Shown in pieces: positions 35,478 to 43,492 of a DNA stretch of 64,000 nt. The position numbers and the translations under genes were made by a program. The notes beneath the pieces were generated by a model. That model did no database searches. It was not told the origin of the DNA and was given only the letters and a program-made list of their open reading frames with translations. Origin of the DNA: a virus; the IMG/VR virus record IMGVR_UViG_3300037245_003639. One strand, 5' to 3'. Position 1 is the first letter of the stretch, and every line of letters begins with the position of its first letter.

Positions 35478-35810
35478 TTAGCATTTCCAAATAGGGGCCG
35501 TTAGAAGTTGATTGACAGTCGCCCCATCATAACCATCAGGCACTGGTTTGGTATGCTTTTGGTCAACGGCTAGGAACTTGACGCCAAGATTGGCTTCTAA
35601 TGCTGTCAGTAATTCTCGGTCATGTTCCGGCAGCACCGCAATGTCACAGATAGGATGCAAATGCCCTTCCGTAAAGCCGTGCCCCTCAGGAACAGCACAA
35701 TTCCCAAAGAGACAGGCGATCTTGCGTCCTGAACTATCGGGAGCATCCCCATATTGCCGGAATATCAACTGTCCCGTGATAACATGGTCTGTCTTGACTG
35801 TCTTGGCCAT
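35478..35810 (-). CDS. hypothetical protein
   Basis: 110-aa ORF with its ATG behind promoter 35817..35845. Confidence 0.45.
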   Translation of the reverse strand: MAKTVKTDHVITGQLIFRQYGDAPDSSGRKIACLFGNCAVPEGHGFTEGHLHPICDIAVLPEHDRELLTALEANLGVKFLAVDQKHTKPVPDGYDGATVNQLLTAPIWKC

Positions 35811-35816
35811 GCTGAC

Positions 35817-35845
35817 ACTGTAATAAATATCGGGGAGATTGTCAA
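35817..35845 (-). promoter_or_regulatory. sigma70-type promoter (TTGACA-17-TACAGT)
   Basis: ctaTTGACAatctccccgatatttatTACAGT. Confidence 0.55.
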
Positions 35846-35870
35846 TAGAAAAGGCCCGCCGAAGCGGGCC
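35846..35870 (-). terminator. intrinsic terminator (GGCCCGC-ttcg-GCGGGCC followed by TTTTCT) abutting the next promoter
   Basis: Perfect 7-bp GC stem with a tetraloop, followed on the minus strand by TTTTCTATTGACA. Confidence 0.6.
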
Positions 35871-35945
35871 TTGTTGGGTTCAAAAAGAACCGATGGGCAA
35901 AAGTTTGGACAGCGAGGATGCTGGCCGAGGCCAGCGGTTCACCAT

Positions 35946-36197
35946 TCAACTGGTTTGTACGCTGCTCCTGCTAGGCTGCTCATCGATTCTGTCCGAAGTA
36001 TAACCCATGTTTCCGTGGTTGTCAAGCCCTAATTCCGAAGAAATTACCGCATCCATTGCTGCATCCATTTTTGCCTTTGTCAAGTAAGTTCCGTTCTCAA
36101 TCTCGCTTCGAACTCTTGCTATCTTTTGAGCATCCATTAGCTGGTCTCCCTTACTAATAGATATCGGTAGTTTGCCTATCCGACTTGAAGTAAGCAA
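35946..36197 (-). CDS. possible FlgM-like anti-sigma protein (uncertain, contains an internal consensus promoter)
   Basis: KIARVRSEIENGTYLTKAKMDAAMDAV resembles the FlgM GTY helix. A perfect TTGACA-17-TATACT at 35997..36025 lies inside this ORF, so the region may instead encode a roughly 145-nt RNA that ends at terminator 35846..35870. Confidence 0.3.
   Translation of the reverse strand: MLTSSRIGKLPISISKGDQLMDAQKIARVRSEIENGTYLTKAKMDAAMDAVISSELGLDNHGNMGYTSDRIDEQPSRSSVQTS
35997..36025 (-). promoter_or_regulatory. sigma70-type promoter (TTGACA-17-TATACT)
   Basis: ggcTTGACAaccacggaaacatgggtTATACT. Confidence 0.55.
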
Positions 36198-36583
36198 TTT
36201 TCTTTGCGGATTTTTTGAAGGGCGATAAAGTGGATGCTCAGAGCGAGTTTATTGGGAAGCCCGACGACATGATCCCCGCCATTGGTAAGCCAAAGATGCC
36301 TCCCCACATCCTGTTCTATCTTCTCAATCGCCTCTATGGTTCGCTCGGCCTGGATGATGAACGTGCCTAAAATTTTGCCTCTTCCATCTTCTTGGGTGGC
36401 GACAAACCAGGAGGGATGAGGGATTTCACCCTGTAGTCTAATCCTATTCTGTAAAGCTGTGGATTCGATGATAGCATTGTCATTCCCCAATACCAAACCG
36501 CCGGGCAAGGCCCTTCTCCTGGCTGGCAGAGGAGGGTCTATGCACGGCGGTATGGGATGTCGTTTTGTCGTATTCGCTACCAT
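36176..36583 (-). CDS. hypothetical protein
   Basis: Trimmed to MVANTT behind promoter 36594..36622 (TTGACA-17-TACCAT). Confidence 0.4.
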   Translation of the reverse strand: MVANTTKRHPIPPCIDPPLPARRRALPGGLVLGNDNAIIESTALQNRIRLQGEIPHPSWFVATQEDGRGKILGTFIIQAERTIEAIEKIEQDVGRHLWLTNGGDHVVGLPNKLALSIHFIALQKIRKENCLLQVG

Positions 36584-36593
36584 TGTCTTGCCT

Positions 36594-36622
36594 ATGGTAG
36601 CAGAAAACATCCAGGTTGTCAA
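36594..36622 (-). promoter_or_regulatory. sigma70-type promoter (TTGACA-17-TACCAT)
   Basis: agcTTGACAacctggatgttttctgcTACCAT. Confidence 0.5.
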
Positions 36623-36631
36623 GCTATTTCT

Positions 36632-37453
36632 TTAGCGTCCATGCTGAAAAAAAGCATTTTTACTGAGTGACCCAGACGACACTCGGGCTTGGCTGGTCGA
36701 GATTACCGACTGCGAAACTGTACCGAAGACTCGACGAATACCCGTGCCATCCAAGCTTGAAGTTAGACGATGATGACGAGGGAACCCAATTTCATTAGCC
36801 GCTCCATCACCATCGTTCTCCTCGCCAAAGAACACGTAGGCCAGTACAAACTCCTGGGCCTTTAAAACATCCGCCGTCAGATTGCGGACTTTTGTCTGGC
36901 CCACCAGCGAGGCGTTCTCCCAGCCATCAGACAAAACGACCACAATCGATTTCGTGCGGGTTCCGTTGTCTCGCAAAGTCTGACCGTAGCTTACCAACCC
37001 GGTAATTCCCTTGAAAACCGCGTCAAACAGTGGGGTCATACCGTTCGGTTGATAATCAGCGTCGGTCAGTTCAGGACATTGAGGGACCGGCGTAAAACCA
37101 TGAATCAGCCGCACATTATCCTTGGGCTCACCGATACGAGAGAAAGCCCATACAGAGACCAAAATCGACTCAGCATTCTTGGCCCCCTTGAGCGGCTCAA
37201 GAAACTGTTCTTTGTACTGCTTGAGAACTTCGGCCTGATAAGGATTCATCGAATCGCTGGCGTCAAGCAGAACCACGACCAAGGTCACTTCTTCCGAATC
37301 GATCTCATCCACGTCCACGCCCGCGCATCCAGCCAGAGCGATATCGTCCAACTCTGTCTCGATGGCTGCTTGTGAAGCAGAACTGATGATACCCGCCGAG
37401 GCCGCATTCGCAAGCGTTGCGGCCACCTGGGGATTGCTTACAGATGAAACCAT
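36632..37453 (-). CDS. von Willebrand factor A (vWA) domain protein
   Basis: The MIDAS motif DASDS in VVVLLDASDSM, plus the downstream LSDGWEN. Confidence 0.65.
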   Translation of the reverse strand: MVSSVSNPQVAATLANAASAGIISSASQAAIETELDDIALAGCAGVDVDEIDSEEVTLVVVLLDASDSMNPYQAEVLKQYKEQFLEPLKGAKNAESILVSVWAFSRIGEPKDNVRLIHGFTPVPQCPELTDADYQPNGMTPLFDAVFKGITGLVSYGQTLRDNGTRTKSIVVVLSDGWENASLVGQTKVRNLTADVLKAQEFVLAYVFFGEENDGDGAANEIGFPRHHRLTSSLDGTGIRRVFGTVSQSVISTSQARVSSGSLSKNAFFQHGR

Positions 37454-37456
37454 GTG

Positions 37457-37801
37457 TCAAACTCCCTTCCAGTAACATTGGCCCTCTGCGGGCATGTAAC
37501 CCCGACGTTCCAAGAACGCTCTAAGTCGTTCGTTGTGAACACATTCAACAAAAACTACCAAACCCAACTCGGTAGCATAACTTTCCACCAACGCAATAAA
37601 GCGAGTAAACAAACCCTTACCTCGATATCGCTCTGGAATTTCAAAAGAGGCCAAGTCCAACGTCTCCACCCGACTTTCACCAAGATATCTTTTTGCTCTT
37701 CTTGTGTAAAGTCGGAGTTTGAAGGCTGGAAGCTCGATCCACGCATTGATAGGATACTGTTCGTATCCTTGAGCAAAATCAATAAGGGGTTGAATTTCCA
37801 T
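37457..37801 (-). CDS. GNAT-family acetyltransferase-like protein
   Basis: RGKGLFTRFIALVE...ELGLVVFVECV...FLERRGY matches the acetyl-CoA binding motif A (R/QxxGxG/A). Confidence 0.5.
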   Translation of the reverse strand: MEIQPLIDFAQGYEQYPINAWIELPAFKLRLYTRRAKRYLGESRVETLDLASFEIPERYRGKGLFTRFIALVESYATELGLVVFVECVHNERLRAFLERRGYMPAEGQCYWKGV

Positions 37802-38818
37802 TTACACGCCGATGGGGTCTGTGGAATTGACCAATTTCACGCCCAATTGTTCCAGTTCGGCAAGCCGAGCGTTGGCCATCTTATCAAACTCAATCTTGCT
37901 GCCATCAGGCAGGTCGATATCGGCCACACTGCTCATACAGTCTTGCAGAACGTGTAGCTTCTCCAGCAGGTGATTCTTTCCTTGATGCTGAAAAAGAGCA
38001 ACGACTTGGTTCAGCGTCTCGATGACGCAGTGCGATTTGGCCTGACCTGCAAAATAGACGCGATCGGCCTCTTCCCACTTGGCCAGAACTCTTGTATTGA
38101 GCCGAGTTTGCGGGTCTTCGGGAAACTCTACTTCGGCTTGCAGGACGCCGTAGTTCTCCGATAATGCCGACATTCCCTTTGTGGTCGCATCATATTGATT
38201 CGACCGAGCCGAGGAGTGAAACATAAGAGCCTCGGCGAAAGCCGGATCGAAGGCATGGCCGGGCGTGCCAAGTATGCAATGGATAGGCCAGATACAAAGG
38301 TTCTTTTTCGACTGTTGTTCGAGCTTATCGAGATACTGTTGCATCTTGACCGGATGACGCACTGGACGCCATACATCGTCCCGAACATCCTTGGCCGTAA
38401 TGATGGTAAAGGGGTCGGGATGCTCGTTCTGCTGATACACTACTCCGTTCGGCCGCGTCGTCGGCTTCGTCCCAGCAATCCAATTGAAGCGATGAAAAGG
38501 CTGGTACAGGAAATGTGAATCCAGCGAGCCAAGAACGTGAGAAATTCTGCCCACGTTCTCATACATGAAACGGCAGAGACGGTCGGTGTCTGCTACCGCC
38601 CCAGGGACCGGCAGGGCTCCCTCGGGATGAACAAAATCGACTTGGCAGTCGATCACTGACAGAATGATACCACCATCTTCATCATTCTGCCACTTTTGGC
38701 ATTTCTTGACGCCATGCTGCGCAGCAAAAGCGGCACCATCTGTAGCTGCCCGATCCAATTCGGGAAGTCGAAGAGTACCGCATCGGGATGCGTCATGCCA
38801 GGATGGAACGTTACTCAT
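37802..38818 (-). CDS. isochorismatase/nicotinamidase-family cysteine hydrolase (long form)
   Basis: ILSVIDCQVDF (compare LLVIDMQNDF) and AGQAKSHCV (the catalytic Cys motif GxxxxxCV). Confidence 0.55.
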   Translation of the reverse strand: MSNVPSWHDASRCGTLRLPELDRAATDGAAFAAQHGVKKCQKWQNDEDGGIILSVIDCQVDFVHPEGALPVPGAVADTDRLCRFMYENVGRISHVLGSLDSHFLYQPFHRFNWIAGTKPTTRPNGVVYQQNEHPDPFTIITAKDVRDDVWRPVRHPVKMQQYLDKLEQQSKKNLCIWPIHCILGTPGHAFDPAFAEALMFHSSARSNQYDATTKGMSALSENYGVLQAEVEFPEDPQTRLNTRVLAKWEEADRVYFAGQAKSHCVIETLNQVVALFQHQGKNHLLEKLHVLQDCMSSVADIDLPDGSKIEFDKMANARLAELEQLGVKLVNSTDPIGV

Positions 38819-38848
38819 AGGTCAGACCTCCATGTAGAGTCCATCAGT

Positions 38849-38889
38849 AGCTTACTCGATTGTCAAGGGTCTGTCAAGGCCCTGTCAAG
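38849..38889 (-). promoter_or_regulatory. promoter with a triple TTGACA array (tgtcaa at 38861, 38872 and 38884)
   Basis: gcTTGACAgggccTTGACAgacccTTGACAatcgag TAAGCT. The middle copy has a 17-nt spacer to TAAGCT. Confidence 0.5.
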
Positions 38890-38895
38890 CCAAAA

Positions 38896-39096
38896 TCACT
38901 CGTTTATGCAATCCCACACGACCAGTGACACGGTGATGAAAAGAAACGCCGCGCCAATGCCTAATCCCAGCCAGCCGCCGGTCGGCGGACGACGGGGCAA
39001 CCCCAACCCGTGCATCTCACGGGCATACGCATAGCCGTCCCATTCCTCCGGGGGCATACCTGGAGGGGGCGGACACGGGCCTATGGGTATCACCAT
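38896..39096 (-). CDS. small Pro-rich membrane protein
   Basis: PCPPPPGMPPEEW, then the TM segment GIGAAFLFITVSLVVW. Confidence 0.35.
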   Translation of the reverse strand: MVIPIGPCPPPPGMPPEEWDGYAYAREMHGLGLPRRPPTGGWLGLGIGAAFLFITVSLVVWDCINE

Positions 39097-39113
39097 ATCG
39101 TTTTACTCCAAAA

Positions 39114-41018
39114 TCACATAATCGTAAGATAGTTAATTGTCTTATCTCCAGTCACCAATAGGCCATCTCTATACTGGTCAATGGTATCGCTATCGGAGAC
39201 AAACTGTTCAGTTTCACTAATCAGTCCGAACTGGCTTTTCCCTGATAAGTCAATAATTTCCTGCACCACTCCGTCATCAGTTGGATGCAGAATAATGCCA
39301 TTTACGCCCTGTGGAACAGCAAAAGCCTTACCATGAATGTTCCTATGAGTATCCGAGGAGACCGCATCCACTCGGTAATGGCACTTGATTACGTCCTCAC
39401 GGATGATGAATACATGCGTGAATGTCTTTCCTTGGATTTCGGTTTTTAGCAACAATAGAATCGATGATCCCGCAAAACGGACAGATACATCGATAATAGA
39501 TTCATTGTCTTTGAGTTTTGTTTCAGCCGGTGGGTACCAGAGTTCACCTTGAGGCTGCTTGTCAAAACGATATACGAAGAACTTCAAGACATCAAAGAAA
39601 CGTTGCATTCCGAATAGCATGTCTCTGTGTGATGAGGCCGTAATCCAGGTTTGCTTACGGGCTACCGCGTTTATATTCCGCTCTTCCGTAGTAATGAGAT
39701 TCACTCGATAGAGGAACCCCTGAGAAACCCTGAATAAGTAACTCTTGCTGCTACTAAAAACGCGGGAGCCATGGAAGGAATCCACGGGCAGTCTGTTTGG
39801 TATTGGAGGATTATCGATAGCAATGAAAGAGAGATCGTCTCGCATACCGTCATTGATAACCAAATACCCTTGGCAGAGAGCAAAACGAGGTTTCCCCCTC
39901 CGTACCATCACTGGCATTCTGTGGGGAACCTTGTTGGGCTCAGAGTGATACAAGACGTACTGTGAGCCCTCCAGAGCAACAGCGTAGATGCTACGACCCG
40001 ACAGATGCCGCCAGACAAAGCTTCCAGGGGTCTCTAGCATCTTCTCGCAGTTCACCGTTCGCTTTCCTGGAACGACCTTGACCTTAACCTGCCGTTGGAT
40101 CTGTTGGGTATTGACTTTGGCACATTGCGGACAAGATGAATGCTCCGAAGGGTACATGGCCGCACATGAATGGCAAGTAACCAGCGAATCTCTGTATTCT
40201 TCTAAGACTTCCACAGGGGGAATGAAACGCTCACCCTTTTTGAACATTCTGTCAAATAACCCCTTCAAAGCATCACCCAACAAATCAGGATGGAAACCTG
40301 CTTTGGGATATTTTACATCAGGATCAAAAAAAGTAATGCGGGCCTCAGCTCTGTCTGGGACTGTCTTGAACTTCTTATGAACGCCACCGTATGGGTGGAC
40401 CATCAACAACGACCTAATATACATGACCAACCATGCATACCAGTCATGTTCCGGCTTGAAATACGGCTTAGTTGCAAGTTTCAGATTGTACAACTCTGGG
40501 GCCAGGAAATTCTCTGTTCCAACCATACAGGGATGCTGACCAAACTGAAAGCTATCAGCATCAATGAAAACCATACGGGTTTTCCAAAAAAGAGCGTTCA
40601 AATCGTTGTAGTCGCCGACAGTGATGCCCAAAGGGTGAAGGAGGCTAGTTGTTCTATGGGCATCCAAAAACAGGTCCGTCACCACCGCAGAAGTAAGGGC
40701 GGGATTACTCTGACGGAACTTTTTGCTGGCGAGCATCTGGATAACTTCAAACTGTGGAGAAACCATTTGCATCGCATAGCCAATGACCTTCTTACCCGAT
40801 GGGTCAAAAACCAAAGATGATGGCGCACAAATCGTTTTGGGGAGCCCAGTGATTTTGAGGAAATCTTCTAATTTCTCAGCGCGGGCTGAACTGGGTTTAT
40901 GGAATAGTTTGACCGCAGTTGATCCAACTTGCACAACAGTCGCTTCCCCACCTACGCCGAGAACGTCGCTCTGGCGGAGTTTTATCCGCTTCCCGTTAAG
41001 GAGTATGGTCTTCTGCAT
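39114..41018 (-). CDS. eukaryotic-like Ser/Thr protein kinase with C-terminal zinc-ribbon and extension
   Basis: GVGGEATVVQVG with TAVKLF (Gly loop and the VAIK lysine), DADSFQFG (DFG motif), GTENFLAPE (APE motif), then CHSCAAM...CPQC. Confidence 0.65.
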   Translation of the reverse strand: MQKTILLNGKRIKLRQSDVLGVGGEATVVQVGSTAVKLFHKPSSARAEKLEDFLKITGLPKTICAPSSLVFDPSGKKVIGYAMQMVSPQFEVIQMLASKKFRQSNPALTSAVVTDLFLDAHRTTSLLHPLGITVGDYNDLNALFWKTRMVFIDADSFQFGQHPCMVGTENFLAPELYNLKLATKPYFKPEHDWYAWLVMYIRSLLMVHPYGGVHKKFKTVPDRAEARITFFDPDVKYPKAGFHPDLLGDALKGLFDRMFKKGERFIPPVEVLEEYRDSLVTCHSCAAMYPSEHSSCPQCAKVNTQQIQRQVKVKVVPGKRTVNCEKMLETPGSFVWRHLSGRSIYAVALEGSQYVLYHSEPNKVPHRMPVMVRRGKPRFALCQGYLVINDGMRDDLSFIAIDNPPIPNRLPVDSFHGSRVFSSSKSYLFRVSQGFLYRVNLITTEERNINAVARKQTWITASSHRDMLFGMQRFFDVLKFFVYRFDKQPQGELWYPPAETKLKDNESIIDVSVRFAGSSILLLLKTEIQGKTFTHVFIIREDVIKCHYRVDAVSSDTHRNIHGKAFAVPQGVNGIILHPTDDGVVQEIIDLSGKSQFGLISETEQFVSDSDTIDQYRDGLLVTGDKTINYLTIM

Positions 41019-41805
41019 TTAATCTCTCCGCAGTTATGATGGAACAATCGTCCTCGAAATATCCCCTATCGGAACGACTGTTCATCCACTTCTTAAGCCC
41101 GAATTGACCCGTCTTTCCCCATTGTTGATTGAAAAGGACAGGCGTTAATTCGGAATGCTTCTGCATGGAGAGGCTAAGTTTATGTTCATTGTGATGGCTG
41201 AAACCATCAGAAGCCACCATGACCCGTTTGGTATTGGCATCGAATGATAGCGTTTCAAAAGCCATGGGAATTACATCAGGACCGACTCCCACACTGCCGG
41301 GGTCTCGCAAACAATGATAGGCCAGATAATGTGGAACATTCTGCTGGTCAAGCTCGTGGTGGTAATCGTCACAAGCGTAGATGCCGTCACCGCAATGGAA
41401 TATGATTCCGCTTCCTTCACGGGGGATAATGAACCCCATCATAGTAGCCAGCCAATGATGCTTGACGTAATAGGCGATTTGCTGAGGGGTCTCTATAGGA
41501 CATGCCAAATGCACCTGCATATCAACGAAACGGGTCAAACTCCCGAACAATGTGGTCACAATTTCATCAGAAGTAAACCCCATACGATGCAAGCGAGAGA
41601 CTTCGGACAAAGCAAAATTGCACAACATACGAGCGCCAACTTCGGAATAATCACCTGAACCGCAGCCATCACAACCTATGCCGCAGATAATTTCATCGGA
41701 AGCGAAAAAGTCAGCCGCATCTTGGCAGTTGGCTCCCTTGTAAAGGTGATGATGACCTACCTTGACAGCGGCACTCACTGTCCATCGGTCTGTATCAACT
41801 CTCAT
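40996..41805 (-). CDS. PP2C-family Ser/Thr phosphatase
   Basis: NCQDAADF, IGCDGCGSGD and VASDG are the PP2C metal-binding Asp motifs. Confidence 0.65.
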   Translation of the reverse strand: MRVDTDRWTVSAAVKVGHHHLYKGANCQDAADFFASDEIICGIGCDGCGSGDYSEVGARMLCNFALSEVSRLHRMGFTSDEIVTTLFGSLTRFVDMQVHLACPIETPQQIAYYVKHHWLATMMGFIIPREGSGIIFHCGDGIYACDDYHHELDQQNVPHYLAYHCLRDPGSVGVGPDVIPMAFETLSFDANTKRVMVASDGFSHHNEHKLSLSMQKHSELTPVLFNQQWGKTGQFGLKKWMNSRSDRGYFEDDCSIITAERLNAEDHTP

Positions 41806-41812
41806 CTAACAC

Positions 41813-42043
41813 CTATGTGCGAATGGCACGTTTAATGCTGCGGGTTCGGCGTTGTTTTGGAGTCACAGTTCTGGAACGGCTTCGCTTAACAGGGCGTCCA
41901 TCATTTAGGGCATCTTGATAAATCTGATGAGCCCTGGCACGAGAGACTCCTAGTTCGTCCGCGATTTCTCGGAAAGTCATTTTCTTCTGTGAACGCAGAG
42001 TCAGAACTTTTCGATACCTACGATTACGTTCGTACGGCTTCAT
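41813..42043 (-). CDS. small sigma-70 region-4-like HTH protein
   Basis: MTFREIADELGVSRARAHQIYQDAL resembles region 4.2. No region 2 is present. Confidence 0.5.
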   Translation of the reverse strand: MKPYERNRRYRKVLTLRSQKKMTFREIADELGVSRARAHQIYQDALNDGRPVKRSRSRTVTPKQRRTRSIKRAIRT

Positions 42044-42066
42044 GGAGCATCTCCATTTCCACTCCC

Positions 42067-42095
42067 AGTATACACGACCACAGGTAAACTGTCAA
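42067..42095 (-). promoter_or_regulatory. sigma70-type promoter (TTGACA-17-TATACT)
   Basis: ctaTTGACAgtttacctgtggtcgtgTATACT, then gggagtgg and the ATG at 42043. Confidence 0.65.
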
Positions 42096-42103
42096 TAGAA
42101 AAT

Positions 42104-42131
42104 GCCGCCTCAGGAACGTCCCGAGGCGGCA
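42104..42131. terminator. strong hairpin (GCCGCCTC...GAGGCGGC) with T-rich flanks on both strands
   Basis: 8-10 bp GC-rich stem. On the minus strand it is followed by ATTTTCTATTGACA. Confidence 0.55.
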
Positions 42132-42149
42132 TTTCCTTGCTCGTTATGT

Positions 42150-42857
42150 TTACTTCGCAAATGAAGGTTTCTGGAGCTTGCAGAGCCCATTCTCTTGCAG
42201 CGTTTTCCAACGCTTTGTCATCTTCGGATTGGTCATGGCCTCCGTCAAGAACGCCTCAGTCGGCTTCACCGAAGTTACAATCGTGAGAATGTCGGCATCC
42301 TCCCCAAGAGCATTGAGCAAGCGGTTGGCCAGCCCTTTACGCTCGTTGATCGCGGACACGTCGATCTCGAACTTCTGATCGGTGGCAAACAGCCGCTTGT
42401 ATTCCACGGGATCAGTGAACTCGGCCTCAAGTGCGGTCTTGGCGGCGTCAGTCATCTTGAGAAACTTGGCTGCTTGAGTACAGCGGACGCTGCCCTGGAA
42501 ATGCTTCTGAACAGGCTTGCCATTCTGGAGGACGGGACTTCCATCGGAGTCCACCTGAACGTATTCGCATTCGCCAGCAAGACGAACCGACTTGACCACT
42601 GAACCACTTTTGAGCGATCTCTCAGCCAAATCTTCCAATCCGATGTCGATGAGGGTTTCCTCGGCAGAGGCCATGAGGGATTCACCGGTCTTCTTCAACC
42701 GATGACCATTATGCCAATTCATGACCGCTTCGGCGTCGCCTGCATCGAGGGTGGTTGACTGAATCGTGCTCTTTTTGGCGGCTGTAGTGGGCTTTTTGCC
42801 CGCAGCGGCGGTAAGAGCAGCGAGAGCGTCAGTACCGGTACTCTTACGCTTTGCCAT
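42150..42857 (-). CDS. hypothetical Lys/Ala-rich protein
   Basis: 235-aa ORF with a GGAG RBS, behind the tandem -35 promoter. Confidence 0.45.
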   Translation of the reverse strand: MAKRKSTGTDALAALTAAAGKKPTTAAKKSTIQSTTLDAGDAEAVMNWHNGHRLKKTGESLMASAEETLIDIGLEDLAERSLKSGSVVKSVRLAGECEYVQVDSDGSPVLQNGKPVQKHFQGSVRCTQAAKFLKMTDAAKTALEAEFTDPVEYKRLFATDQKFEIDVSAINERKGLANRLLNALGEDADILTIVTSVKPTEAFLTEAMTNPKMTKRWKTLQENGLCKLQKPSFAK

Positions 42858-42917
42858 TGCTGCATCTCCTCTGTGATTTAAGACTTTGCGGCATACACAG
42901 CCGCTTTCATTACTCGT

Positions 42918-42958
42918 ATACTACTCGGTGTTGCTCCCTTTGTCAACCCTTTTGTCAA
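42918..42958 (-). promoter_or_regulatory. promoter with tandem TTGACA (tgtcaa at 42941 and 42953)
   Basis: acgTTGACAaaagggTTGACAaagggagcaacaccgag TAGTAT. Confidence 0.45.
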
Positions 42959-42989
42959 CGTTTTTCTGAGTTCTCTTTTTCTTTTCAGC

Positions 42990-43475
42990 TCATTTCCAAT
43001 TTGGAGGGATAAAAGAAAACAGTCTATTTCGACGCATTGGATGCTGCAAACTCCTAATGGCCTTGGCCTCAATTATCCGAACGGTCTCTTTAGACAGCCT
43101 GAACATCTCGCCTATTTCTCGTAAATTATGCGAGGAGCCACCGATGCCATATCGCAGCCTGATCACTTTTTGCTGCCTATATGTCAAGGTGCTGACCAGC
43201 TTGTCTATTATTTCTTTTAGTTCAGACGCGCAAATAGGGTCAACGGTATGATCATCAACAGCGAGGTGTTCAGCCGTTAATGCTCGCTGCATCAAACATT
43301 TGCTAGGGTCCAAGTCTTCGGGCCTACAGTCGCATAAGGCAGATATTTTGTTCAGAGTTTCTATCCCTACCGATAGCCGACCAGTTTCGATGCCATTCCA
43401 AGTCCCTAAAGCCGTTCCAGAAAGCAAAGCAGCGCAAGCTTGACTTAAGTTATAGTCCAAACGGAACGAAACCAT
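42990..43475 (-). CDS. XRE-type HTH fused to a sigma-70 region 4 domain
   Basis: N-terminal LSQACAALLSGTALGTWNGIETG...IETLNKISALC...PEDL (Cro/C1-type HTH). C-terminal LTYRQQKVIRLRYGIG...HNLREIGEMFRLSKETVRIIEAKAIRSLQHP (classic region 4.2). Confidence 0.6.
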   Translation of the reverse strand: MVSFRLDYNLSQACAALLSGTALGTWNGIETGRLSVGIETLNKISALCDCRPEDLDPSKCLMQRALTAEHLAVDDHTVDPICASELKEIIDKLVSTLTYRQQKVIRLRYGIGGSSHNLREIGEMFRLSKETVRIIEAKAIRSLQHPMRRNRLFSFIPPNWK

Positions 43476-43492
43476 GATTTTGTTCCGCGAAC

